DNA from: Vicugna vicugna
Taxonomy: Eukaryota
DNA length: 64,000 nt
Direction of reading: 5' to 3'
NCBI GenBank assembly: GCA_013265495.1
Contig: MU058687.1
Location: 3,598,001-3,662,000 of the forward strand
Part shown: positions 1-11,716 of the stretch, in pieces
Position numbering within the stretch: position 1 is the first letter of the stretch
Layout of the letters: every line of letters begins with the position of its first letter
The notes under the pieces: model-generated
The model's database searches: none
What the model was told of the DNA's origin: nothing
Seen by the model: the letters and a program-made list of their open reading frames with translations, nothing else
Made by a program: the position numbers and the translations under genes

Positions 1-136
1 TGGTGCCTCTGGCCAGGGTTCTCCCCATGTCTACACAGGCCCGGGGCTGTGCTCTGTCACGACCGAGAATTCAGCGGGGATGCTCCCTGCCCCGAGAGTT
101 CATGTGAAAAGCAAAGTTACTCTTTTTTCAAGTTCT

Positions 137-277
137 CTTTTTTTCTTAAATTGCGGCAAAATTGACATAACGTTATATTAGTTTCAGGTGTACAATATTT
201 GCCTATGTTTCAAAGTAATCACCTCAGTTAGTCCAGTTAACATCCATCATCATACATAGTTATAAAATCTTTTTTCA
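137..277 (-). mobile_element. L1 3'-end fragment
   Basis: T-rich tail followed by 'aattgacataac...attagtttcaggtgtacaa...cagttaacatccatca...catacatagtta', the typical antisense view of a laurasiatherian L1 3' UTR. Confidence 0.7.
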
Positions 278-1724
278 GTTATTCTTCCACTAAGTTACTC
301 TGACTTTTGAATGACTTAAGACTAATACATGTCCTGACCAACGCAAAGGCCTGAGCTATAGGAAGTCTGGTTTATTGTCACATGCTGCTTAGCCAGGGTG
401 GCTTATGTTTCCTTATTCACCTCAGATCTTCCTCTGAGGATGAGGAGGCCCATGGACCGCGGAGGGGCCTGCAACAGATGCCGATTTCATAGCTTCAGGG
501 GAAAGCAGCAGCAGCAGTGCAGGGCCGTGGCTCCCTCTTCCTAGCCTTGTGTGGCTCACCGGGAAGGGAGGGAAGGGCTGTGATTTACTATGGCCATGCC
601 AACTAGGAACTATGTTTTCTTATCACATATCTGTTTTATGAAAGAGCTGATGACTCTGAGTGCCCTCTACCCCTTCTCATTCCCAGCCCCCTTCAAAAGC
701 AACCAAAGGCACATGACATGTGTCCTCCAGCCCTTGCCAGGACCTGTCCAAGGGGACTCCTGTGGCTTTCACTTCTGTCCCTGGGCATAGAATTTGGGGT
801 GGTGATGGAGAAGGAGGGCGTTGAGTTCAGTTAAATCTGGCATAGTCATGGGAAGGGTGGAGACATAGATGCCAACTGGGGTCTCCCTAAGAAATCAGTG
901 ATGTCTCAAGGATTGGTCAAATTCAGGTGGCATTTGGCAGTAGCCCTTAGCCCAGGAATGGTCTGTGGTTAAGAGGCAGAGGCAGAGAATGAAGAGTGGT
1001 TGGCAGTTACAAGAGGCTAATTTGAGCATCTCTGTATCCCCTAGTACCTACTAACACAGATGCCTCTATCTCCTTACATCTGTACTCATACAAATGTCCA
1101 TTTGTGTATGTGTGTGTATATGTTTGTGTGTGCATGTGAGCATATATAACATACATAGGGTTGGGACCGCACAGGAAGCATGCTCAGGAGCTTTGGGGAT
1201 GTCTCAGGTTGGGTTCCCAACAGGTCTGGGAGAATTAACAGGGAGGGCTGCCAGGGGTGTGTCCTCATGGTTACTACTAATTAGCTCTAGATATTTATCC
1301 AGTGCCCCACACAACTACACCTCCATTGACTCGGCCACACCTGTGATGGACAGGAAGTCCATTTTCACAAGGGTACATCTTTTTATCCTTGCAGAAGGGA
1401 CAGGTAAATGAGGGCTCCAGTGTGTGGCATCTTCATTTTGAGAGTGGCTGCTGCTTTATCTTTCTCTAACCTCTCAGAAGGTTAGACCTACCTCTGCTTT
1501 CCTTGCCATTCCTCTTATCACCTTGGAGCCTTCATGACTCTCTGTTTCAACCGGCACAGACCAACCCATTCTTTGGCTCTGAGCTCCAATTTTACTACTC
1601 CAGTAATTTCACTACTTCCCTGACCTCCCACTCTAAAGGGGATAGCCTGATAATCCTCCCTTTATTTTGAAGAACTCTCATGGCCCTTATCACATTTGTG
1701 GATATTACTTTAGCTATATTATTT

Positions 1725-1865
1725 ATTTAATTTTTTTAGGTTCTTTTTTGAGGGGGGTAATTTGGTTTGTTTGTTTGTTTATTTATAGAGGAGGTACTGG
1801 GGATTGAACCCAGGACCTCGTGCATGCTAAGCATGCACTCTACTACTTGAGCTATACCCTCCCCC
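1725..1865 (-). mobile_element. tRNA-derived SINE, camelid Vic-1 type, inserted in an L2 fragment
   Basis: Reverse complement reads GGGGGAGGGTATAGCTCAAGTAGTAGAGTGCATGCTTAGCATGCACGAGGTCCTGGGTTCAATCCCCAGTACCTCC (A and B boxes) plus an A-rich tail. Flanked by a 15-bp TSD ttagct(a/g)tattattt at 1710-1724 and 1866-1880. Confidence 0.9.
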
Positions 1866-1964
1866 TTAGCTGTATTATTTGTATATTTATTTATCTCTCT
1901 CCCCAACTAGTCTGTAAATGCCATAAAGGAATAATCATGTCTGCCTTGTTCACTGGGACCAGCA

Positions 1965-2290
1965 CACAGGGTCTGAAGTCTGAGCTTAGGTTGGACTTTA
2001 TTCCTTGGGCAATGAGGAGCCCCTAGAGATTTTTGAGCAAGGGAGTGGTAAAACAGCGAGAAGAGTGTTCTAATGGTGGTACTTTGGTTGGGTGAAGAGG
2101 AAGAAGCCAGAGGTAGGAGAAGCAGGAGGCGGGAGTTGCAGCAGTAGGAGGTAGTTGAGTCCTGAACCAGAGTGGTGATGGTGGGAGTAGAGAGAGAGAA
2201 ACAGATGCGAGAGACATTGGGAAGGAAGAAATGACAGACTTGGTAGCTGATTGGATGTGGGGGCGAGGGAGTTTCTCAGCCATTCAAGGG
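1965..2290 (-). mobile_element. L2 fragment
   Basis: 'ttggactttattccttgggcaatgaggagcc...gatttttgagcaagggagt...gacagacttggtagctgattggatgtggggg' resembles antisense L2. Confidence 0.7.
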
Positions 2291-3326
2291 AAAAAAATGC
2301 CACTTCCCTCCTCCTGCTAACTTCAGCTCAATGGCAGGAGTGTATCAGTGACAAAGAGCTGGCGTGATCTGAGTCTGGAAGCATCTGTAGAAAGTAATGA
2401 AGTACAGGCAGCTGAATGTGAATGGGTAAAATTTTGTGTCACTAAGTGGTCCTATTGCAAAATGTGGAAGGAAATGAGCATTTATTTGAAAAAAAAAATC
2501 TGGGAATTCAGTGCCCCATCCCTTTTCAGTGGCTGAACTGCTCTGGAGGAATTTACTCCCACCCACCTGGCCGTGGTTTTGGCTGTGTCCTTGAAAAGAG
2601 AATTCAAATAATGACAAGAAGCAGCCCCAGGAGACCTCCTTCAAGCTCTTTTGGTCATTAGATCATCATGAACTTCAGTCTTGTCCTAGATGGGACATGC
2701 TGTCCTATTAAAATGTATAGACTTTCAGGGAGGTTAAAAAAACAAGATCACTTAAAACTACAGTTGGCCAATTCCACAGCAAGGTCCCCACTAATTGTGA
2801 GTTTGAAATCACTTGGCCTTTTTGGCTCCTTGTAAACATAAGGGTCTGGAAGAGATAGAAACTCCATGGATTCTCTGTGGTCTAACCTATGATGCTGTGC
2901 CCCAAAGACACCTGTTACCATCAATCAGTGGGGAGGGGTTTTATAGTTTTTTTTTTTAATTTAGGTACCAAATGTCCACAGTCAAAACTTTTGGGGGCAC
3001 ATCTTTTTTCCCACTGAACTCCAGTACTAAACAGTATTTTCTCCCCGCCCATCCCTGTTACCTATCTGTTAAACAGAGCCCCTTGCTGGCAGATTACCTT
3101 CTTTATAGGCTTAGGGTTTTTCATCCTTATTTTTCAGTGGGTGATATGTAAGGTTTGTGAAATTTTGATGTAAATTTACGTTCATTGGAGTCATTGCTGT
3201 TTCCCTGGTGGGCAGCAGAGCATCATGGTTAAGAAGCCAAAAAAACAGGTAAGTTAGTAAGTGTGAGGCCAGGATTTCAACCCAAGAAGTGTGGTTCTGA
3301 GGCCACACTACTTTAGGCTGGTATAA

Positions 3327-3702
3327 TCGTGTTAGTCTGGTGAGGCTGCCGTAACAAACGCCACAGATTGGGTGGCTTTAAAAACAGAAATTTGTTTCTC
3401 TCCGTCCTGGAGATTGGAAATCCAAGATCAAGGCAGTGGCAGGCTTGGTTTCTCCTGAGGCTTCTCTTCTTGGCTTGTAGGCGGCTGTCTTCTCCCTGTG
3501 TTTTCATATTGTCTTTCCTTCCATCCCTGGTTCTCTCTCCCTCTTCTTACAAGGACGCTAGTTTTATTGAATTAGGGCCCCACCCTTATGACCTCATTTA
3601 ACCTTAATTACCTCCTTAAAGGCCCCGTCTCCAAATACAGTCACATTGGAGGTTAAGGCTTCAACATAAAGAATTTTGAGGAACACAATTCAGCCCACAA
3701 CA
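3327..3702 (-). mobile_element. MLT1 (MaLR) solo LTR, MLT1B-like, nested in a MIR
   Basis: 'ggctgccgtaacaaa..ccacagattgggtggctttaaaaacagaaattt', 'gacctcatttaaccttaattacctccttaaagg', ending 'cacaattcagcccacaaca'. MIR pieces lie on both sides (~3220-3320 and ~3703-3810). Confidence 0.88.
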
Positions 3703-3879
3703 ACTGTCCTCACAAATTTGTTGAGAGGACGAAATGAATTTGCATGTAAAAAGTGCATACTGAGAACAGCAGTGCTCAGCATACTTCTCAGAGCTATTGT
3801 TGTCATTTTCATGTGAATATAAGGAAGGGACTAAAACTATTACAAGGTGCTAAGAGGTCCTCTTCTCTCATGTCTACTT

Positions 3880-4540
3880 ACCACCCTTACCATCTAAGCC
3901 ATCAATATCTGTTGCTGAGAGTCCTGCAGCCGCCTCCTGACTGTTCTATCAGGTTCTACTTGTTTCCTATAGTCCACTTGCCACACACTTATGATCTTTT
4001 AAAGTAAGTCAGAAATGCCACTCTTTTACTTAAAATCATAACTCTCCTCATTCCTTCTGATCCCTGCACAACCCAGCACCTGCCCTCCTCTCCCTCCTCA
4101 CCCCCTTCCTCCCTTGCTGGGGTCCAGCCACACTGGTCCCCTTTCAGTTTCTTGAAAACTCTGAGCAAATTCTACCCTTAGGGCTTTGGCACTTGCTTGT
4201 CATTAATTCCCAAACCCTCTTTCCCCATATATCTACTGGGCTTGCTGCCTTTTCTCATCCAGATTTAGGCTCAAAATGTACCTCCCTGCCACTCTACCTA
4301 AAGCATCTCCCTGCCCCACGGTTACTTTCTACCCTATTACCATCTTTTATTTTCTTTAGAGCACTTATCACTGTCTCAGTGACCTCATCTTCTTTATTTA
4401 CTTACTTTATTGTCTTTATTTCTCCCTAGACTATAGACTCTGTAAGTGAAGAGATCTTTGATCTTTGGTTCACTGTTGTAACTCCAGTAGATAAGCTCCA
4501 AGTAAACCATTTGAATGAATAGATGAAAAAAATGAATGAT
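3880..4540 (+). mobile_element. L2 3' portion
   Basis: 'ccagccacactgg', 'cttagggctttggcacttgct', 'gcacttatcactg', 'ctagactatagactctg' and a gaatgaat-type tail. Confidence 0.8.
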
Positions 4541-4690
4541 TTTGAATCTGGAGATTCAAGTAGGAGGAACTGTCCAGGATAAACATTCCCAAAGTAAGAA
4601 AGAAGAGCATAGGGGGAAAGTGGAGGAAGGGACTTTTTTCCCCCATATACATCTTATTTCTCCTTGATTGACCTGGTTTTGATCATGTGC

Positions 4691-5017
4691 TGTCTTGGTC
4701 AGTTGGGGCTGCTATAACGAAGTACATAGACTGGGTAGCTTATAAGCCACATGAATTTATTTATCACAGTTCTGGAGGCTGGAGTCTGAAATCAGGGTGC
4801 CAGTATGAGGTCTTGGTGAGGGCTCTCTTCCAGACTGTAACCTCACAAGGCAGAAAGAGCTAGCTGGCTTCCTGGACTCTTCTTATAAAGAAAGTTAGTC
4901 CTGTTCACAAGGACTCCACCCTCACCACACAGTTACCTCCCAAAGGCCCTTCCTCCAAATCACTTCGGGACTAGATCTCAACATATGAATTTGAGGGGAC
5001 ATATTCATTCTGTAACA
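4691..5017 (-). mobile_element. MLT1A-like solo LTR
   Basis: TG...CA termini ('tgtcttggtcagttggggctgctataac' to 'cattctgtaaca') with near-perfect 5-bp TSD tgtgc/tgtac. Appears nested in an older MLT1 remnant. Confidence 0.88.
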
Positions 5018-5987
5018 TGTACCTTTCCCTCAACCAATCAGGACAGATGGGCAAGAATGGCTTGGGCCAGTCAGGACTCAACTCCTTGCTGAGGGTGGGG
5101 TCAGTCTCAGCCAAATTGCTTGGCTAGAAAATTCAGGGTGATGTTGGGGAAGGCAAAGTGGGAACGGTTGCTGGAGCAGCAACAGGTGTCCCCTACAGCA
5201 AGCAACTTGCCCTTTGCCTCAAAATTCCACCCTTGCTTCCAGAATTGATATGGCATTTAATATGATTTCTCTGTCAGAAGTTTTGTGTACGTTTTATTTG
5301 CCATCTTGCAAGTCCTTCTAATTACTCCCACCCCTTTTTTTCCCCTTTTGGGAGTATGGCCTCAGAGATGTTGTGCCATCTGACCCTATAGCAGGCCATT
5401 GCAATAGCTTAGATATTTTAAATGCAAAAGATACTCCTTCTGCAACAGTACGGTAATAATCATGGTAGAAACTATACAGTTTAATAGTGATAGATACATT
5501 GAAAGTAGGCAGAACAGTCCAAGTTTGTCAAGCCTTGGAGATATTCTAACTGAGAATAACTTTTAGTTTTATCCCTATAGAAGATTTCTCAGAAGCACTA
5601 GACTTAAAGAATCCAAGACTTTCATTTTTCTTATTAGAAAAAAAGACCCAAATAGGTTATGTGACCTGCCCAAGGTCACACAGCAATATCCAGAGCTTGG
5701 GGTCCTGGTTCTTAGTCCACTGCTCTCGTTGTCCTTGTGGACACAGAGGTAGTGGGAGTGTCCACCGAGTGGCAGTGGATGCCATGACGAAGTGTTCTGA
5801 GCCCAAGTGCTGTATACACCCTGGCATTCTCACTGGGGTTTCTGAGGCTCCCATTACAGGTTTAGAGCCATTCTATCTTTTTTAAAAGAAAATATTTAAT
5901 TTTATTATTAAAACTGATGAAGTTAAACACCATATTTTCCTAGCAGATAATAAAAGAAACACAATTTCTTGTGGTACAATTGTGTAT

Positions 5988-6045
5988 TTTTTGTTATTCA
6001 TTAATTATAATTTATAATTTTTGTTATTCATTAATTATAATTTAT
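5988..6045. repeat. Two identical 28-bp units at 30-bp period
   Basis: tttttgttattcattaattataatttat at 5988-6015 and 6018-6045. Confidence 0.9.
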
Positions 6046-6364
6046 CCTAGCCATATTTCTAAACTTGGACTGAAATTTTTGGTTTCTGTGTTACCTTTAG
6101 ATATTGTTTTGAGATTTAAGATTCTTTGGGACTTTCTTCACCTGGTGGCATTCATTCATTCATTCAACAAATGTTTGGTTGGGTCCTTTAAATTAGGAAG
6201 TCATTCATATGGGTGCTTTTGTTATCAGCCAAAAAAATCCCTGGGTTTTCTTTTTCTTTGAACCCCTAGTCTTCCATTTTATGTGATCGCGGCTATGGTA
6301 GTAATGATGACATACATATGTATATCAGTGTGTGTGTTTATATGTATGTATATATACATGCACA

Positions 6365-6555
6365 CACTTCTAAGTACTTTACATATATTAGCTCAATTAA
6401 TGTTTACAACAACCTTCCTTATAAATATTATTATTATACACATTTTACAGATGGGAAAGCAGAAATCCAGGGAGGTTAATCACTTACCCAAGGTCACACA
6501 CCTGGTAAGCAGTGAAGCTGGGGTTCGAACCCAGATGGTCTATCTCCAGAGTCCA
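6365..6555 (-). mobile_element. MIR
   Basis: 'cattttacagatgggaaagcaga...gaggttaatcacttacccaaggtcacac...ggggttcgaacccag'. Confidence 0.9.
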
Positions 6556-7247
6556 TGCTGTAAACACCTAGAGCTAGAGAAGTCTCTGTACAGAGACTGA
6601 ATAGTCCGCACGGACAGTGAACTGCCTTTGGAATGATTTTTCTCTGATTAAAAGAGGGCAGTTTCCCACTTTCTTTCAAAGAAGAATAAAAACCTACACT
6701 GCTATTTCCAGCTTACTCTGGGGAGATTGCTAAAATAATTTAACAAACAGTTGTTAAGTTGTTTCCGACTTCTGGGTATAGAAGCCTATGAACCCCCCCC
6801 CCTTTTTTAAGTACTTGTTTCTCTTACAAGAACTATTTTAACAGAGTTTTTGAATATATCTCTGCCCAGATACCAAGTGCAGCTTATTCTTTCAGAGTTG
6901 CTTTCATCTGGCTATCTGAGAAATGTTTCTCTTTCTAGTTCATTCTAATCATTTACTCTTCAGCACAGGCCACACAGAATCACAGATAAAGCACTGAACT
7001 GAGGACCAAAGCTCTAGCTTTGTGACCTGAGACACATGTGGTCTCCAGTCTGCTCTTTGGTTTCCTCATTTGTTTAAAAAAGCATTTAAATTAGATGATC
7101 TCTGAAGGTCCATTCAACTCCAAATACTCCGTCTTGTTTACCTCTTGTTATGGTGCCCTCCCAAATATGCTGTATCTTTAAAAAATCTCTTTAGAGGAGG
7201 ATATTATAAATTGTAATTACAGTGGATTAAGTAAAATTTTTTTCAGT

Positions 7248-7382
7248 GGGGAGTGTGTAGCTCAGTGGTAGAGTGTGTGTTTAACATGCACAAGGTCCTA
7301 GTTCAATCCCCAGTACCTCCATTAAAGTAAACAAACAAATAAAAACCTAATTACCTCCCCCACCCCCAAAAAATAATAAAAG
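7248..7382 (+). mobile_element. tRNA-derived SINE, camelid Vic-1 type
   Basis: GGGGAGTGTGTAGCTCAGTGGTAGAG...GGTCCTAGTTCAATCCCCAGTACCTCC...CCTAATTACCTCCCC plus A-tail. Approximate TSD aattttttt(t)ca on both sides. Confidence 0.9.
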
Positions 7383-7806
7383 AATTTTTTTTCACACAAA
7401 AGAAGCTCACAGGTAAGTCAGTGTGTCTATAACAAGCATAGATACTCATGGGTGCTGCTGAACATCATGGCTTCTTCTATCTTCTTCCTTTATTATTCAT
7501 AGTATATGACTTTTATCCTCACGATTGCAAGATGATCGCTGTACCTCCAGAAGTTGTGATCATGCTCCTGGCAGAAAGAGGAGGAGGAAGTGCCAGTGTC
7601 AGGAAGATAGAAGCTTTCCTCAGAAATCCCCGTAGACTTCTGAATATGCTCATTGGCCAGAACTGGGTCACAGGACTACTAGCTATGAAGAAGTCTGGGA
7701 AGGTTAATGTCTTCAGCTGAGTATATCATAGCCCCGAACGAAACTGAGGTTTTGTGGTGAGGAGGAAGTGGAGGATAGAATCGGGGAACAACCCGCAGTT
7801 CTGCAC
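7383..7806 (-). mobile_element. Old MLT1 LTR (MLT1J-like), interrupted by the SINE
   Basis: 'ttgcaagatg..gctgtacctccag', 'ctcattggccagaactgggtcaca', 'gtctgggaag', 'aaactgaggttttg' are hallmarks of older MLT1 LTRs. Confidence 0.75.
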
Positions 7807-8919
7807 ATGTCATGTCTACTTCTTTGTTTCTTCTAAACTTAAAAACAGATGAATAAACAAACAAATCTTTCTTTCACTTTCTGTTTTCCTCCTTTCTGGC
7901 TGGGTACTAGAGTTCCTCCTTGATTAACCTTTATTATTATTAAAAATAATGACATCAGTATTAACAATATGTAATTATGAATAACATTATTATCTACTAA
8001 CTTATAAACAAAGACATGAGCAGTTAGACTAAGGAGCTCTAGGCTTCACTTGTCAAGGATGAGAGAGAGCCATGATTTACCCCAGTGGGAGGAAGAACTT
8101 GGAGAGCAAACAGGGCTGGACCAGAAGTTACGATGGATGGAGCAGGGTTTGGATTCTGTTTTCAGCTTAGCGTGAGACTTGGGAGGTGTAACTTCATCTC
8201 AGGGTCACAGGTTAGCCTACTTTGTTACATAAAAGTAAATGAGATGATAGCTAACACCATTGGCATTCCTTGGAAAAGAGCTATTTAAAAGAATCAATTC
8301 AAGATAAAATATATATTCATTAATATAGATCCTACTAGGGGACCACTAATTTGGAATTTGTCATAACTCAGGCAAAAACTGGATGTCAGAGGGACTCTTT
8401 CATCTTCTTATGAGAATAAACTGTTTGCAGGCACTTAGAAGTGCATTAATTTGCAAAAACTTAAAGCAATGATGAATAAAATTGCTCTTGATTACACAGT
8501 TTTACATTGTTATGTTGGTATAGTTTTTTTTTCTTAAAAATGAAATAGCTCACATTTCTTTAAAAATACTTTTATAATTCAGACTTTTTAATGAATTCAG
8601 ACAGATCTCTTTATATATTTCAGTGAGTTCTTATTGCATTATTGTCCCAGTAGGAAAGCCCATCCTGATGCTGTCTCAGGATCCACTTTTGGGTCAGCTG
8701 GAAGAATGATGACCTTCTTGAGGGCAGTGACCTTTGTTTCCTTCCCACTTAGGAAACATCTTGGCCTAGTGTATGAGGTCAGTCCTCAGTAGACTAAAAG
8801 AGTTCTTGAATTACTCACCTTAACTGCCAGTGTTATGAGATGACATACATAATCAGCCCACCATTAAAAACATGGCATGTATTGAAGTGTTCGGTCGACG
8901 GTAGCTGTAATTGTTACAA

Positions 8920-9152
8920 GGCAGATAGTATGGTGATTACTGACACTGTCAGACTGGAATTCCGGCGCTAACACTTACCAGCCGGGCAACTCGTATCTCT
9001 CTGACCCTCAATTTCTCTCATCTGTATGATGGTGATAACAATACCTAATCCATGGGGTTGCTGTGAGGATTAAATGAGATTCTGTAGGTAAGGGGTCTGA
9101 TCCCAGGTCTGGCACGTGCTAAGACCTCAGTAAATGGCAGTTACCATTATTT
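8920..9152 (+). mobile_element. MIR
   Basis: 'acacttaccagc...tctcatctgtatgatggtgataacaatacctaa..catggggttgctgtgaggattaaatgaga...tggcacgtgctaag..ctcagtaaatg'. Confidence 0.85.
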
Positions 9153-11355
9153 AAGTTGTTGTCACCATCGTGGACGTGTGTCTCACCCCGACCTTGATAG
9201 ATTCAAATTTGTCTGCACAATCCAAATCTGATCAACACAGGATATGCTCCTGAGTGTTCCCAGACCAGGTTTGGGAATGTTTGGAGTCAAGAGGCTTAAT
9301 GCTGAATCCGCCTTCACTATAGAGGGTGTTGGCTATCACTGTCCTAAGGTCATTTGGGGAAAGTATTACTTGCCCTCCATGGAAGACAGAGAAAGGCGCT
9401 TTAGCTGTTAACTTTCTAACACCAGGTGGCTCAGTTGTCTTGAGAAACCATAACGTACATTTTGCAAAAGGCTGTGACAGAGCCTTTTGCTTATTCTTGG
9501 CCTATAAATCCTCTCTAGATTTAATTTGTGCCCCATTACTGGGTGTGTAAAGGGCCCCCATGAACTTGTAGGAAGAACTGAGTCCTCTTCTGATTACGAA
9601 CACAGTTTTGAGCTAAGAGACTGTGAGTCTCTGTGCATGCTTCTGAGCATGGAAGCACTCTGATGCCACCCTGGGAAAGAGTTACAGATCTGCTATTGAT
9701 TGCCCACACTTCCTCTTCCATATTAGGCAGTCATTTGGTGAGCACCACTCCTGTTACGATTGGTGTTTAACACTGCTATCGTACTTTGTGTTTTTAAAAA
9801 GCTTCAAAAATCAATTCCTCATTAACCTGATTGAAAGAGAAGTTATGCCTCCTCTACTGTGTTCTGAACAGGACATAGATCACTACAGGTACTCAATAAA
9901 TATTAAGCATTTAATCCTCACCATTCCTCCCACCCAAATAAGTCCCTGGAACTCATTTTCTTAAGGATGAAAGCCTTCCTTTCTAGATCAAAATTACTTT
10001 CTGTAAATCTCAAACTTTCTGAAAGATGAGGCTCTCACATAGATGATGTAAAACGTGTGTAACGGTCACCTGGGTCACAAAGTAGTGGGATTCGTTTTGT
10101 TGTCCACAATCTCACTGGAAATTCCTGAAGGGAGAAGGCTGAGCAGTTGAGTCACTTGGAGTAACGTGGTGAGCATTACCTATAGCTGAGCAGCATCTCA
10201 CATGGAAGCGATAAGCTTATATTGCGGCAGATCCAATCGCAGGAAGTAGAGGCCATCAGCCACAGTGCTGCCCTTCTGTTCGGACTCTTCGCACACACAC
10301 CAGGTGGCTAAGTTGTCTTGAGAAACCTTGACGTACATTGACACAGACATGTCCTATCCAGTCTTCTCAAATGCATGATGACACAGGCGTGTCCTATCTA
10401 GTCTTCCAGGTAGAATAACATTTTAAACTTGGGAATATTGTCCTACATAAGGAACCATGATGTTCATTTTATTCCTTTGAAGTTTCCATAATGGGATCTC
10501 TCTGTTTGGAACCTCTCAGAAAATTTAACTGCAGGATAAAGATGTGCTTGTGCAGGAGTCTCAAAGGGCACTGCTCGATCGTACTTCCTGGCCCCCAATC
10601 TTCATTTCTCAGAAGTAGGTTAAGAGGGTTAAGAGGGTGATAAAACCCAATCTGGAGGGGGAAGATACATCTGAATAAGATGCCTGCTTGGGGTTCAACT
10701 TCTCCAGGAAAGTGCAGAAAGCCATGCTGCTTAGGCATTTTTAGGCTGCCTCTGTGGTGCAGCCTAGGAAGCATGTAATACTGAACAAGTGCCGTTTGGT
10801 TACAGAAAGAACACTGATAAATGTCTGGCCGTTGAGGTCAGACCACGGAGAAGGAAACCGCTCTGAAGCAACTGGTGTAGAATTTAGCGTCAGGCAGGGA
10901 CACTCACTCACATTCTGGCTAATGCAGTTTGGACAGAGCTTGAATTCAGCAAGTTATGTATTATAGTAAAATGTTACAATTTATTACGACTTATTTTAAG
11001 CTGTTTTTTCCCTTTGCTTGCCAACTGGGTCTATCCACCTGTTTGAAACAGTCAGAGAAGAGGCTATAAATTCTTTACCTTAGGAGCCCAGGGATATTCT
11101 AGATCTAGGTAATGACATCATTTCACATTGTACTTTTTGCATGAGGGGTTTTTGGAGGACTATCTGAATGATAATTAACCTACACAAAACCATGTGAGCT
11201 CAGAATTTTTAAATTTTTCTTAAGCAGATGGAAGAACTGATAGTTAAGAGTGATTAGACTAATCAGTGGTTTTGGCTGTGTACAGATGACTTAGGACCCT
11301 GATAACTAGCCATCTCTCTCTAAACATCACAGCATAACCCATTTTGATATTCACT

Positions 11356-11716
11356 TGCCATGGACTGAATGTTTTGTGTCCCCCTCAAATTCATTTGTTG
11401 AAGTCCTAACTCCCAGTGGGATGGTATTAGCAGGTGAGGCCATTGGGAGGTGATTAGGTCATGAAGGTAGAGCCCACATGAATGGGATTAGTGGCCTCAT
11501 AAAAAGACATTGGAGATTTCTCTCTCTCTCTCAGCCACGGGAGGCTTCAATGAGAAGATAGCCACCTGCAAACCAGGAAATGGGCTCTCACCAGACATTA
11601 GATTGGCCGGCACCTTCATCTTAAACTTCCCAGCCTCCATAACTCTGAGAAATAAATGTTGTGTAAGCCACCCAGGTTCTAGCCTTCTGTTCTAGCAGCC
11701 TGAACAGGCTAGGACA
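11356..11716 (+). mobile_element. MLT1A-like solo LTR
   Basis: 'tgccatggactgaatgtt..tgtcccctcaaattcat..gttgaagtcctaactcccag', an AATAAA signal and the end 'agcagcctgaacaggctaggaca'. Confidence 0.9.

Noticed and set aside
7248..7320. tRNA-like sequence (also 1790-1865)
   Set aside because: These are SINE heads with a SINE body, A-tail and TSDs, not tRNA genes.
9421..10406. Possible CRISPR-like repeat/spacer arrangement
   Set aside because: Only two copies of each repeat, no regular spacers, no cas genes, and a mammalian context.
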